The notes: a model not told the origin generated them from the sequence alone. Positions 9,966 to 19,611 are shown, counted from the stretch's first letter. The stretch: 64,000 nucleotides of DNA from an uncultured delta proteobacterium (GCA_963850305.1 CAWKKR010000008.1:160001-224000), one strand, 5' to 3'. Numbers and translations are program-made.

Positions 9966-10003
9966 GTGACACGGGGAGTCCACCCCGGGACTCCCCGTGT
10001 CAC
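9966..10003. terminator. Perfect 16-bp stem hairpin (6-nt loop), probable terminator/stabiliser of the 10020-10634 gene
   Basis: GTGACACGGGGAGTCC-ACCCCG-GGACTCCCCGTGTCAC, 16 nt after that gene's stop; only a weak U-tract. Confidence 0.7.
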
Positions 10004-10019
10004 TTCGACCACATCAGTC

Positions 10020-10634
10020 TCAATGCGCGGCCCCGTTCACCAATTGGGTGGATACTCCGTCAGTCGGAGTTGCCACTACGGGTGATGGGGCGGCCGTGGG
10101 GGCGGCCGTGGAGGCGGCGATCGGAGCGACGGTCGCAGGCGGCGACACGACGGGCCCGGTCGCGGGCGGCGACACGACGGGCCCGGTCGCGGGCGGCGAC
10201 GCGGGCACGCCGTGGATCGCAGCGCGCTGGCGCTTGCCCATCGTATGACGGGCGACACGCGTCGCGAGCTGTTTCTCCACCGCGGAGGCCTTCGTCTCCA
10301 CCGTCCGGATCCCTTGCTTCTTCGGCGTGAAGCCGAAGGAGGCAAACTCCGGACTCTTCTCCCCGTACTGCCCGGCCGCGTAATTCCGGATCCCCGAGAG
10401 GATCGGCGTCACTGCGGCTTTCTGCGACTTCTCCTGGGCGACGAGCTGCGCGACTTTCGCGTGCGCGTCGCTCAAGGAGTTCATCGTGTCCACGTGAGCT
10501 TGAAGCTGCGTTTGCAGATCCTTGCTCGCCGTGGGCTGGCCTCCTACGGGGAGGTTGGCGTCGGGCGTGAGCTTGGCGAGTGCCGCGATCACGGTCTCCT
10601 CCTGTTTGATGACGAGATTTCTTTGCTGTGACAT
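10020..10634 (-). CDS. Hypothetical helical protein with basic segment and SPPATGPVV repeat tail
   Basis: AAGGA RBS, ATG at 10634; coiled N-terminus, FGFTPKK motif, basic KQLATRVARHTMGKRQR segment; 27-nt repeats near the 3' end. Confidence 0.8.
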   Translation of the reverse strand: MSQQRNLVIKQEETVIAALAKLTPDANLPVGGQPTASKDLQTQLQAHVDTMNSLSDAHAKVAQLVAQEKSQKAAVTPILSGIRNYAAGQYGEKSPEFASFGFTPKKQGIRTVETKASAVEKQLATRVARHTMGKRQRAAIHGVPASPPATGPVVSPPATGPVVSPPATVAPIAASTAAPTAAPSPVVATPTDGVSTQLVNGAAH

Positions 10635-10977
10635 GACTGTGTTCCTTTGTTGTGGTGACCGTGATTGGTCACACCGCCCCCCATACAAACTGCGGGCCAG
10701 AGTGCTTCCGTACGAATCCGGCTGAAATGAAGCTCGGCCTTCGAGTCAGCTGTCGTTCGATATTCACACTGTTGCTGCGCAACCACACTGACTCGTAGCG
10801 GAGGCACTCATCGACGAGCTCGTCGAGACTCGGCTTCGGGTCGCGACATCGAACGCGGGACGCCATCGACCGAGACCGAGCTCCCCCGACGCAGCGCAAG
10901 CGTCTCCGAGTGCCCGGTTCGTCCCTCACAATGCGCTCGATGCGCGGTCACGTGAGGAGAACGGCCCCTCCAGCATG

Positions 10978-11229
10978 CGGAGCGTCGGCTCTAGCATCCG
11001 GAACGTCGGCTCTAGCATCCGGAGCGTCGGCTCAAGCACCCGGAGCGTCGGCTCTTGCATCCGGAACGTCGGCTCTAGCATCCGGAGCGTCGGCTCAAGC
11101 ACCCGGAGCGTCGGCTCTAGCATCCGGAGCGTCGGCTCAAGCACCCGGAGCGTCGGCTCTTGCATCCGGAGCGTCGGCTCAAGCACCCGGAGCGTCGGCT
11201 CTTGCATCCGGAGCGTCGGCTCAAGCACG
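10978..11229. repeat. Tandem array of twelve 21-nt units (cgga[g/a]cgtcggctc[tag/aag/ttg]ca[t/c]c)
   Basis: Counted directly: 12 contiguous units, four main variants, no unique spacers. Confidence 0.95.
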
Positions 11230-11292
11230 CGGTTCGTCGTTCCAAGCGCTCGGCGAGCGCTTCCGGACACGTAACTCGCCTTACCGCACGCT

Positions 11293-11460
11293 GGTGTCGA
11301 CGCTCCGCGTGTCCGGGCCGTCCTTCCCGACGCTGGTGTCGACGCTCCGCGTGTCCGGGCCGCCCTTCCCGACGCTGGTGTCGACGCTCCGCGTGTCCGG
11401 GCCGTCCTTCCCGACGCTGGTGTCGACGCTCCGCGTGTCCGGGCCGCCCTTCCCGACGCT
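11293..11460. repeat. Tandem array of four 42-nt units (ggtgtcgacgctccgcgtgtccgggccg[t/c]ccttcccgacgct)
   Basis: Counted directly; same 21-nt register as the upstream array; alternating t/c variant. Confidence 0.95.
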
Positions 11461-11763
11461 TGGCTCGCGTTGCCGGACGTCGGTGTCGCCTTCTCCGAGC
11501 GCTCGGTGCGCGCTTCCGGACACGTAGCTGCCCTTGCTACGCGCGGGTGTCGCCTTCCCGAGCGCTCGGTGCGCGCTTCCGCCGGCACGGCGCGAGTTGC
11601 CGGAGGTCCGGCACGGGTCTCCTGGCACGCCGTTCGCGCCGCTCCTCCCGGCGGGGACGACGCGGGGTCCTGAGCGGGCCGCCTCGCAGGCGCCCGGTAG
11701 TCTCTCACGCTGCGATTCGAGTCGCATGCATCGCATCCAGGGCCGGAACGACGACGTGCGCGA

Positions 11764-12000
11764 TCAGATCCGCGCGCAGGCGCGCACGGATGGCTTCCGG
11801 CAGGATCCCGAGCGCCGACGTATCCTCGAGTGACGGTTCGAGAGAGTGCACGTCTCCCGCCCGCCCCGTCCCAAAGCGCGAGGCCCGCGCGGGTCCCTCA
11901 CGCGGGCCTGTTTGAGAGCCTTCGCATCACGATGTTCGATCCACCAGCGCGCGTTTCGCTCGATTTCCCGTACTGCTCGACGGGCGAAAACTAACTTCAC
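11764..12000 (-). pseudogene. RelE/ParE-family toxin remnant
   Basis: MKLVFARRAVREIERNARWWIEHR resembles a ParE/RelE N-terminus; similarity lost after about 27 aa; GTGA overlap with antitoxin remnant. Confidence 0.6.
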
Positions 12001-12132
12001 TTGATCGCTCGCAGCGTCGACCAGACGTCCTCCTCAGTGGCGACGCGGCCGGCAACTATGTCCTCTTCGGCCTCATCGAGCGCTTGATGCAGCTTCGCTC
12101 GCTCTTCGTCGTCGAGGTCATCGCCGTCGTTT
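11997..12132 (-). pseudogene. Antitoxin C-terminal remnant
   Basis: DGDDLDDEERAKLHQALDEAEEDIVAGRVATEEDVW: acidic antitoxin-like C-terminus with no plausible start; the DHFR-like gene begins immediately upstream on the other strand. Confidence 0.55.
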
Positions 12133-12149
12133 TTTCGTAGAATCCACCC

Positions 12150-12704
12150 ATGGGTCTCCTCACCTTCGGTCTCAACGTGACTTTGGACGGGTGCATCGAT
12201 CACACCCAGGCGATCGTGGACGACGAGCTGCACGACTATTGGACGCAGCTCATGGATCAGAGCGGCGCCATGCTCTTCGGGCGCAACACTTACGAGCTGA
12301 TGGAGGGAGCCTGGCCCGCGGTGGCACGCGACGAAAAGGCGCCGCGCGCGATGCGCGAGTGGGCACAGAGGCTCGAAGCGAAGGCGAAGTACGTCGTGTC
12401 GAGCTCGCGGAGCGACTTTCCGTGGCAGAACACGATCAAGGTGGAGGGTGACCTTCGCGAGGCGATCTCGGCGCTGAAAGCGAAGACCGAGCGGGGTGTC
12501 CTCGTCGGAGCGCCCAAGCTCGCGGCTGCGCTCGAGGAGTTGCGGCTCATCGACGAGTACCGCATCGTCGTTCATCCCATCATCAGTGGCCGCGGGCCCA
12601 CGTTGTTTCATGGCCTCTCGAGTGCGCGGCATCTCGAGCTCCTATCGACGCAGCGGTTCGAGTCCGGCGTGCAGGCGCTCCACTTCCGTCGCAAGGCGGG
12701 ATGA
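12150..12704 (+). CDS. Dihydrofolate reductase family (RibD C-terminal-like) protein
   Basis: NVTLDG, MLFGRNTY, KYVVS, LIDEYRIVVHPIISGRGPTLF. Confidence 0.9.
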   Translation: MGLLTFGLNVTLDGCIDHTQAIVDDELHDYWTQLMDQSGAMLFGRNTYELMEGAWPAVARDEKAPRAMREWAQRLEAKAKYVVSSSRSDFPWQNTIKVEGDLREAISALKAKTERGVLVGAPKLAAALEELRLIDEYRIVVHPIISGRGPTLFHGLSSARHLELLSTQRFESGVQALHFRRKAG

Positions 12705-12865
12705 GCGTGGAACGACCCGAGCGCTTCACCGTACGCGCTCCTCCACCGGGAAGTGAACGGGCACGGGCTCGCGGACCCAGCGGCGAGGCAGCGTTTCGGG
12801 CATCAGGGTCATCACAGCGTACCATTCAGCGGGTGGAAGCCCAATCCGGGACCGAGCCGCGCCGT

Positions 12866-13762
12866 TCACCGCGATCGCACGGAGTTGGCGATGATGCGCT
12901 CGATCCGGTCGAGGCTGTCGAGGTCCTGGACCTCCAGGGTCGCGATGCGGTGGCGCAGCGTTCGGGCCCACCGGATCAACTTGCCGACGTCGATGCTGCC
13001 TCCGACGCGCACGGCCCGCTCGAGGCGTTCCATCACTTCCCTCGAGCCCGGGGGAAGCCGTAGCGTGTCGAGTAATTCGACGATGAAATCCGACCATCCC
13101 GCGCGGCCGGTGAGGGCAAGCTCCAGGGCGAGATCGACTGCCCGCACCACGGTCTCGGGTCTCGGATTGCGGCCACCCTTGGCCGCCGCGAGAAGCGCGC
13201 GCAGATGGACGCCGAGGAGTTGCTCGGCATCCGCGGCGCGGCCCCCGCGAATCGCCTCCATCGCGATGGAGGCGAAGATTTCCACCGCATCGACCCTCTG
13301 CGTGGGGACGACTCCCGGGGTGGTGCGCCCGGTGTCGTCGGGCGGCGGGGGGAGCATCGAAGAGAGCGTTCGCACCGTCGGTTCGTCATGGTCCTCGCGG
13401 AGCGGCGGGGTCCGCTCCTCTCCGCTGAGGGTGTCGGCCGCCGCCCGCGACCGCGGAGGGAACCCGGCGTCGACCTGCAGGAGCTCGTTACCGATCACGA
13501 TGCGACACCCCGGCAGGAGCGGCTCCGGCTGCGTCCCGATCCGGACGCCGTCCACGAAGACGCCGTTCACGCTCCCGAGATCGTTGACGCTTGCCGAGCC
13601 TGCTCGGACAATCAGCTGCGCGTGCCGTCGTGACGCCTGGGGATCGTCCACGACGATCTGGCACATGTTGCCGCGTCCGATGACGTATCGCCCGGGGCCG
13701 AGCCAGATGTCTCGATCCCGCAAGCGCAGCTTGAACCGTGGGCTTCCCTCTGGGTCAGTCAA
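12866..13762 (-). CDS. FHA domain-containing protein
   Basis: IGR, SRRHA, DLGSVNGVFVDG FHA motifs; helical C-terminal region. Confidence 0.88.
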   Translation of the reverse strand: MTDPEGSPRFKLRLRDRDIWLGPGRYVIGRGNMCQIVVDDPQASRRHAQLIVRAGSASVNDLGSVNGVFVDGVRIGTQPEPLLPGCRIVIGNELLQVDAGFPPRSRAAADTLSGEERTPPLREDHDEPTVRTLSSMLPPPPDDTGRTTPGVVPTQRVDAVEIFASIAMEAIRGGRAADAEQLLGVHLRALLAAAKGGRNPRPETVVRAVDLALELALTGRAGWSDFIVELLDTLRLPPGSREVMERLERAVRVGGSIDVGKLIRWARTLRHRIATLEVQDLDSLDRIERIIANSVRSR

Positions 13763-13952
13763 AGCGACCCTTGAGATTACCCCACTCGCCCGGACTTTAC
13801 ACGTGCGCGCGCCGGTTCCCCCCTGAGCGACCGGCTCCCGGGCGCGATTTGGGGGGAACCGGCCGAGCGCCTGGCGCGAGGACGATGGGGGGCAGCCGCG
13901 GCAATCCCACCCCGGTCCCCGCGCGCGGCCGCCACTCGGGATCGAGACCGTC

Positions 13953-14984
13953 TCAGGGATATTGCCCGGACTTGAACAGGTCCGAGAGAGCGTTCGCGCT
14001 CGAGACCTTGGAGAGCGTCGCGAGGCCGAGGATCGCCTCGATCGATTTGGTGACGGAGCTCGGCGAGTAGCTCACGCTGCCGGCGTAGTTCGTCTTCACG
14101 CCGGGGCCGATGGCGAGAAACGGCATCTTGAGCGTGCTGCTACCTTCGTCCCACTCGATGAAGATGACGCCAGCGTTGGCGTTCGCGTACGAGATGATGC
14201 GCGGTAGCTCCGTGCTGAGCCACGTGTCGCCCTGGTGAATCAAGTTCGAGTCCGGGCAACCCGAAGCGCCGTGCATGTCGTGGCACAGGTCCGGCGTGAT
14301 GAAGGTGTACGAGGCGACGTCACCCGCCGAAAGGTCCGTGGCAAAGGAGCTGTACGCGCGGTGATGGGACGCGCAGTACGAGTTCGTCGCGGATGGCGTA
14401 CTGCCGGACACGTCCTGATAAAACACGAATGGATCGTGCTTCGCGGCGTAGAAACCGCTGCTGTGAATCGGGCACGTCCCGGTGGAAGAATCGAGCCCTT
14501 CCTGGTAGCTCCTGAACGTCACCCCGTTGGTGGCATTCTTGATCTGCGTCGCGAGGTGGCTCGTGCTGCTCGTGCTGTTGCTCTTGGAGGGGTCGCTGTC
14601 CGTCGTGAAGGTGTGGTCGGAGAATGCGTTCGTTCCCGCTTCGATCCAGACGTAGTGCGGCTCGCTCGGGACCGAGAGGGCGAGCGGGTCGTTGTAGTTC
14701 GTCGCGTGAGCGTAGGCGGGGATGAGCGTGTTGTTGATGTACGGCGCGTCGGACGAATCCCCATACACCTGCGAGGCGTCGTGATTCTCCATCGCGATCA
14801 CGAAGACGTGCTTGATGACGGAGCTCGTGGCCGCCTCGGAGACGGCACCGGTGGCTTCCTGGGCAGCCGGATCGTTCGAAGCCTGGGTTTCTTGGGTTTC
14901 ATCGGCGGCGCCGCAGCCCATGACGAGGCCGAGACCACACAGGGACGCGACGGACAGACCACAGACGAGGACGCTCTTTCTCAT
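13953..14984 (-). CDS. Phosphoesterase-family (acid phosphatase/phospholipase C superfamily) lipoprotein
   Basis: IKHVFVIAMENH, PSEPHY, YAAKHDPF, FITPDLCHDMH, WDE; lipobox VMG-C. Confidence 0.88.
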   Translation of the reverse strand: MRKSVLVCGLSVASLCGLGLVMGCGAADETQETQASNDPAAQEATGAVSEAATSSVIKHVFVIAMENHDASQVYGDSSDAPYINNTLIPAYAHATNYNDPLALSVPSEPHYVWIEAGTNAFSDHTFTTDSDPSKSNSTSSTSHLATQIKNATNGVTFRSYQEGLDSSTGTCPIHSSGFYAAKHDPFVFYQDVSGSTPSATNSYCASHHRAYSSFATDLSAGDVASYTFITPDLCHDMHGASGCPDSNLIHQGDTWLSTELPRIISYANANAGVIFIEWDEGSSTLKMPFLAIGPGVKTNYAGSVSYSPSSVTKSIEAILGLATLSKVSSANALSDLFKSGQYP

Positions 14985-15137
14985 CGGATTGGACTCCATG
15001 GTTTGGGAGAGTCGCATCCTCGGCGCCGCGTGTGACGGCGCGCTCCCGATCTCGGTACGGTTCGGCAAACTCATTGTCGCGGTAAAAGTCACGAGAGCGA
15101 CACCTTTCGGATTTCGGAATGCGCGACAGTCGACTCG

Positions 15138-16406
15138 ATGCAGGGTCCCTTCGGCCGCCTGTTGCTCGCGTCAGCGGTCGCGATCCTCGCCGCCGTGATG
15201 GTGCGGGCGCACGGGGCGCCGCGAGGGCCGCACTCGATCACGCGGGTGCGCAGGACGCCGCCGGAGGCCGGCGCACCCGCTGCGCGCGGGCAGGGTGTCG
15301 GCCCCGTGAACGTCGAAGACGTGCGAGTGACGCTCGGGAGAAAGATGTTCTTCGATCCCCGGTTGTCGGTGCCCGAAGGGACGAGCTGCGCGAGCTGCCA
15401 TGACCCGCGGCAAGGTTACGCCGGCAACCACGGTTCCACGATCGGAGTGCCGCGGGGCAGCGCGCCGCATCGCTTCGCGCGCCGGAACACGCCGTCCACG
15501 CTCTACCTGCGATTCGTGCCGCGCTTCCATCTTCACTGGGAAGAGGAAGAGCCGTATCCGGAGGCCTTCGGCGGCTTCTTCTGGGACGGGCGCGTCGATT
15601 CGATCGCCGATCTCGTCCGGCAGCCGCTGCTCAACTCGAACGAAATGGGAAATCCGGACGTTCGCGCGATCGCCCGCGGGCTCGAGACGAGCGCCTACGC
15701 GGGCGACCTTCGCGCCGAGTTCGACGGCGTGTTCGACTCGCCCGAGAAGGCGGTCCAGGCGCTCGGGTTTTGCCTGGAAGCGTTCCTCATCAGCCCGGCG
15801 ATGTCACCGTTCACGTCGAAGTACGACGACTATCTCCGCGGGCGCGCGAACCTGAGCGCGCTCGAGGCGGAGGGGCTGCGGCTCTTCGACGATCGCTCGC
15901 GGGCGGCGTGCAGTTCCTGCCACAAGTTCAACGACACCTCGCGACTCCCGGAGGCCTCGATGTTCACCGACTTCGGCTACGACACCGTCTCGGTGCCGCG
16001 CAATCGGAGGCTCCCCGCGAGCCGCAATCCATCGGCCTTCGACCTCGGCCTCTGTGAGCGACACGACCGGAGGCTGCACACCGACGATGAATGGTTCTGC
16101 GGGAGCTTCCGCACGCCGTCGCTGCGCAACGTCGCGACGCGCACGAGCTTCATGCACAACGGTTACTTCACGAACCTGCGCGACGTCGTGACGTTCTACG
16201 CGACGCGAAGCACCGAGCCGAAGCGCTGGTACCCGAACGCGACGTTCGACGACTTGCCGGAGAAGTATCGGCGATACGTGAACACGACCGTGCCGCCGTA
16301 CAACCGCCCCGAAGGCGAACCCCCGGTCCTCGACGACCACGAGATCGATGCGCTCGTCGCGTTCCTCGGGACCTTGACGGACAGGTCAGTGCCACCGGGG
16401 CCGTGA
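15138..16406 (+). CDS. Diheme cytochrome c peroxidase/MauG superfamily protein
   Basis: LGRKMFFDPRLS, CASCH, RNTPS, FWDGR, CSSCH, FRTPSLRNVA, FMHNG, LVAFLGTLTD. Confidence 0.92.
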   Translation: MQGPFGRLLLASAVAILAAVMVRAHGAPRGPHSITRVRRTPPEAGAPAARGQGVGPVNVEDVRVTLGRKMFFDPRLSVPEGTSCASCHDPRQGYAGNHGSTIGVPRGSAPHRFARRNTPSTLYLRFVPRFHLHWEEEEPYPEAFGGFFWDGRVDSIADLVRQPLLNSNEMGNPDVRAIARGLETSAYAGDLRAEFDGVFDSPEKAVQALGFCLEAFLISPAMSPFTSKYDDYLRGRANLSALEAEGLRLFDDRSRAACSSCHKFNDTSRLPEASMFTDFGYDTVSVPRNRRLPASRNPSAFDLGLCERHDRRLHTDDEWFCGSFRTPSLRNVATRTSFMHNGYFTNLRDVVTFYATRSTEPKRWYPNATFDDLPEKYRRYVNTTVPPYNRPEGEPPVLDDHEIDALVAFLGTLTDRSVPPGP

Positions 16407-16443
16407 CTGGACCGAGCACTCGGCTGGCAGGCGACCTCCGGGC

Positions 16444-18087
16444 TCAGAGCGATCGTGAGGCAGGGCGCGTCGCGGGACGGGCGCCGGCGATGCGCAGCTT
16501 GTCGGCGTGGCGGCGATGCAGCACGAGCACCGAGTAGCGTCCCACGCGCGTCTCTTCGAAGTCCGGATCGAAGTCCGTCTTCCCGCTCCGGAACTCCGCT
16601 TCGCGGCGGGCCAGCGTCTCCTTCGAGCGCAGCGGGTCGTAGACGTATGCGAGAGCGGGCTCCGCGTCGACTTCGCGCCTGTAGGGCGGATAACGGTCGA
16701 GCGTCGCGTGCCAGGGAATGAGGGTCGGGTTCTCGTGGAAGAGAAACGTGAGCCGGTACGCCACCCAGTAATCGGCGAGCCCGTAACGAATGCCGCGGTC
16801 ACGGCAGAACGCGCCGAGCGCGGTCTCGTCGCGCGCGATCCCGTTGTCCCTGCGAATGCGCCATCCGTCGACGTTGCTTCCGTTGCCGATCCATCCGCCG
16901 ATCGCCGTCGACACGAGATAAGGCGCGAGCAGAAGAGCGACCTGGCCGGCGCCCGCGAGGCGGACGAGCGGCCCGAGCGCGAACGGAGCGAAGAGGAGGA
17001 TCGACACCAGGTAGCGTGCGGACCATCGATCGATGGCCATGACCGAGAACAGGAATGCGCCCAGAGTGAGCGGGAGCATCAGAGCGCCAGCGACGCCGAG
17101 CCGCCGCATGCCCGCCGGGGTGCCGCGCGCGAACACGGCCAGACCGCCGAGGACGATGCCGACGACGAGCACGCCGGCGCCGAGAATCTGGAACGCGTGG
17201 AACCACGTCGGCGGCTGCCACCACGCGGCACCTCGCTCCGGTGAAAAGGACGAAACACGGTCCCCCAGCAGGAACGGCAGGCACACGGTCTCGAGTAGCT
17301 TGAAGTTGTGAGAAAGGACTGTCTTCGTGAACCCGTACACGGCTCGCGTCGCGCCGCGGCTGTGCGAGAGCACGAAGAATGGCACGAGCCCGAGCGCGAG
17401 GCCGGCGAAGCCAGCGGCCAGGGAATGCGCCGGAAAGCGCCACCGCTCGAGGTCCCGCGCGATCAGACCGACGAGCAGCGCGAGGACCGGCATGAAGAGG
17501 AGGCAATAGGGATCCGCGAACGTCGCGAGGCCCGCGACGAAGGCTCCGACGCCCAGGCGCAGCGCGGTTCTTCGGGACGCGGGCGCGCCGTCGATCACCC
17601 AGATGGCGGCGAACAGCAGCGTGAGCGATGCCTGGCGCGGCGGATAGAAGACGTACACGTGCATCGGCCCGGCAATGAGGACGAGTGGAGACACGAGCAC
17701 CGCGGTCGAGCGTGCGTCGAACCTCCGTCTCGACGTGGCATACGCGAAGCCCACGAGCGCGACGTAACCGACGAATGGCGCCAGCATGAGTGCCGTCGGC
17801 GTCGCACCGAAGAGCCGGAAGAACGCCGCCACCACCCACGAATCCACCGACGTCTGGTAGCCGCTGCCCCACAGGAACGCCGCGTGCTCCCCGTGCAGCA
17901 GGTGCATCGCCTGGAGCCCGACGACGGCCGCGTCCGAGTGCATCCCGGCGGCATTCAGCAAAACCGGCAGAGAAAGGCCGACCAGCACCGCGAGCAGCGC
18001 CGCACCTACGATGGCGTCCTCTCGCTCGGGTACCCAGGTCTCGGAGCTCATCGTGGGCCGGGTCACTGGAGGCGCGACCGCCACCAT
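16444..18087 (-). CDS. Polytopic membrane protein, probable GT-C (ArnT/PMT-like) glycosyltransferase
   Basis: HSDAAVVGLQAMH and FLWGSGYQ in first loop, about 12 TMs, ADYWVAYRLTF C-terminal domain. Confidence 0.7.
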   Translation of the reverse strand: MVAVAPPVTRPTMSSETWVPEREDAIVGAALLAVLVGLSLPVLLNAAGMHSDAAVVGLQAMHLLHGEHAAFLWGSGYQTSVDSWVVAAFFRLFGATPTALMLAPFVGYVALVGFAYATSRRRFDARSTAVLVSPLVLIAGPMHVYVFYPPRQASLTLLFAAIWVIDGAPASRRTALRLGVGAFVAGLATFADPYCLLFMPVLALLVGLIARDLERWRFPAHSLAAGFAGLALGLVPFFVLSHSRGATRAVYGFTKTVLSHNFKLLETVCLPFLLGDRVSSFSPERGAAWWQPPTWFHAFQILGAGVLVVGIVLGGLAVFARGTPAGMRRLGVAGALMLPLTLGAFLFSVMAIDRWSARYLVSILLFAPFALGPLVRLAGAGQVALLLAPYLVSTAIGGWIGNGSNVDGWRIRRDNGIARDETALGAFCRDRGIRYGLADYWVAYRLTFLFHENPTLIPWHATLDRYPPYRREVDAEPALAYVYDPLRSKETLARREAEFRSGKTDFDPDFEETRVGRYSVLVLHRRHADKLRIAGARPATRPASRSL

Positions 18088-18237
18088 ATGTGGCCCCGTA
18101 CTATTTGGTGGTCAAACTATTTCGGCGGTTATTTATTCTCGAAGCGCGGCAATCAGCCCGGATTATCGCTGGATTTCGACGAGCAACACCCGGGCGTTCA
18201 AGACGCTGGAACCGGCGGCGCGCTCCGCGGCACTCCG

Positions 18238-19611
18238 CTACGCGAAGGCGCGCACGGCGCGGTAGATCCCGTAGACGACTCCGGCGGCCGCGCTTAGCGT
18301 GATGAGTCCGAAGAGCGCGGAGTAGGCGACCGGGTGGCGATCTACCCAGTGCGTGAAGCGGTGCGCCAGGCTCTTTGCGAGCGTCACGTGACACCGGACC
18401 TCGACGTGGCCGTCGAGGATTCTCTTCACACCCTGCTCGAGGTCCGCAACGCTCTGAAAGCGTTCCTCGCGACGCCGTGCGACGCCGCGGAGGACGACAT
18501 AGACATACTCCATGGGCACGCCGGTCCGGAGCGCGATCCCGCCGAGCCGCTCCCGGTCGAGATCCGTCGAGATGATGGCGGCGAGCACCTCCGTCACGGT
18601 GGTCTTGTCGGCGAGCGGATGCTCGAGCGAGAGCCACTCGAAGAACATCACGGAGAGCGCGAAGACGTCGCTTCGCTCGTCGAGGTCGTCGTTGCGACCT
18701 GCCGCCTGCTCGGGAGACATGTAGAGCGGCGTGCCGGCGAGCGCGCCGAGCTGGGTCTCGAGGAGCCGTTGATCGTGGGACTCGTCGAGCGTTCGCTCGA
18801 GGGGCTCCGCAGCGGAGGTTCCCGAGCGCTTGCCGATGGGCTTGGCGATGCCCCAATCCATCACCGTGACCTCGCCGTACGGGCCGATCATGATGTTCGC
18901 GGGCTTCAGGTCGCGATGCAGGATGCCGCGGGCGTGCGCGTACCTCACGGCGTCGAGGACGGCGAGGAAGACATGAACACGTTGCTCGATGGTGAAACGC
19001 TGGCGGTATGCGGCGTTGCCCGCCCGCAGCTCGTCGAGGACGGTCTCCATGGTCTCGCCCTGGAGGTGCTTCATCACGAGATAGATGTCGCCCGCAGGAT
19101 CGCTGCCCACGTCGTAGACGGGGACGATACCCGGATGCTCGAGCTGTCCGACGATCCGGACCTCGTCCGCGAAGCGCAGCAGCGCGGCGTCCGAGCCCGC
19201 GGCGGAGAGCATGCGTTTCACGGCGACCGTGCGCCGGATATCGTTGTCGCGCGCGAGCTCCACGACGCCCATCGCCCCCTGTCCGAGCTCTCGTACCCGA
19301 TCGAACCGGGGACGCGCGTCGCCCGCGACGAACTCCGCGGGAACGTCCTTGCGTCGGCGCGGCAACACCGTGGTGCGTCCCGCGACGCTCGCCCCCGCCG
19401 CGCCAGCGGGGAGGACGTCCGTGCCATTGCCCGCGCCGGCATAGAAGGTCTCGTCGAGCTCGACCGGACCCTGCCGGAACTCCTCGACCCGTCCAAGGCC
19501 CACGACGGTGCCGGACACCGACTTCAGGCCCGCGGCCACCGCCGAGGGCGAGTCACCGCCCAGAGTCGCCTTGAGCGAGGCGAGATCCGAGGCTCGACCG
19601 GCGGATGCCAT
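18238..19611 (-). CDS. Ser/Thr protein kinase (Hanks type) with C-terminal TM
   Basis: LGQGAMGVV, VAVK, HRDLKPAN, DWG, GTPLYMSPEQ, SDVFAL. Confidence 0.95.
   Translation of the reverse strand: MASAGRASDLASLKATLGGDSPSAVAAGLKSVSGTVVGLGRVEEFRQGPVELDETFYAGAGNGTDVLPAGAAGASVAGRTTVLPRRRKDVPAEFVAGDARPRFDRVRELGQGAMGVVELARDNDIRRTVAVKRMLSAAGSDAALLRFADEVRIVGQLEHPGIVPVYDVGSDPAGDIYLVMKHLQGETMETVLDELRAGNAAYRQRFTIEQRVHVFLAVLDAVRYAHARGILHRDLKPANIMIGPYGEVTVMDWGIAKPIGKRSGTSAAEPLERTLDESHDQRLLETQLGALAGTPLYMSPEQAAGRNDDLDERSDVFALSVMFFEWLSLEHPLADKTTVTEVLAAIISTDLDRERLGGIALRTGVPMEYVYVVLRGVARRREERFQSVADLEQGVKRILDGHVEVRCHVTLAKSLAHRFTHWVDRHPVAYSALFGLITLSAAAGVVYGIYRAVRAFA

Noticed and set aside
10978..11460. Possible CRISPR array
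   Set aside because: Units are contiguous with no unique spacers, and no cas genes are in the window.
10910..11736. ORFs across the repeat arrays as confident genes
   Set aside because: Several frames are open simply because of the repeats; none has a convincing RBS or non-repeat domain.
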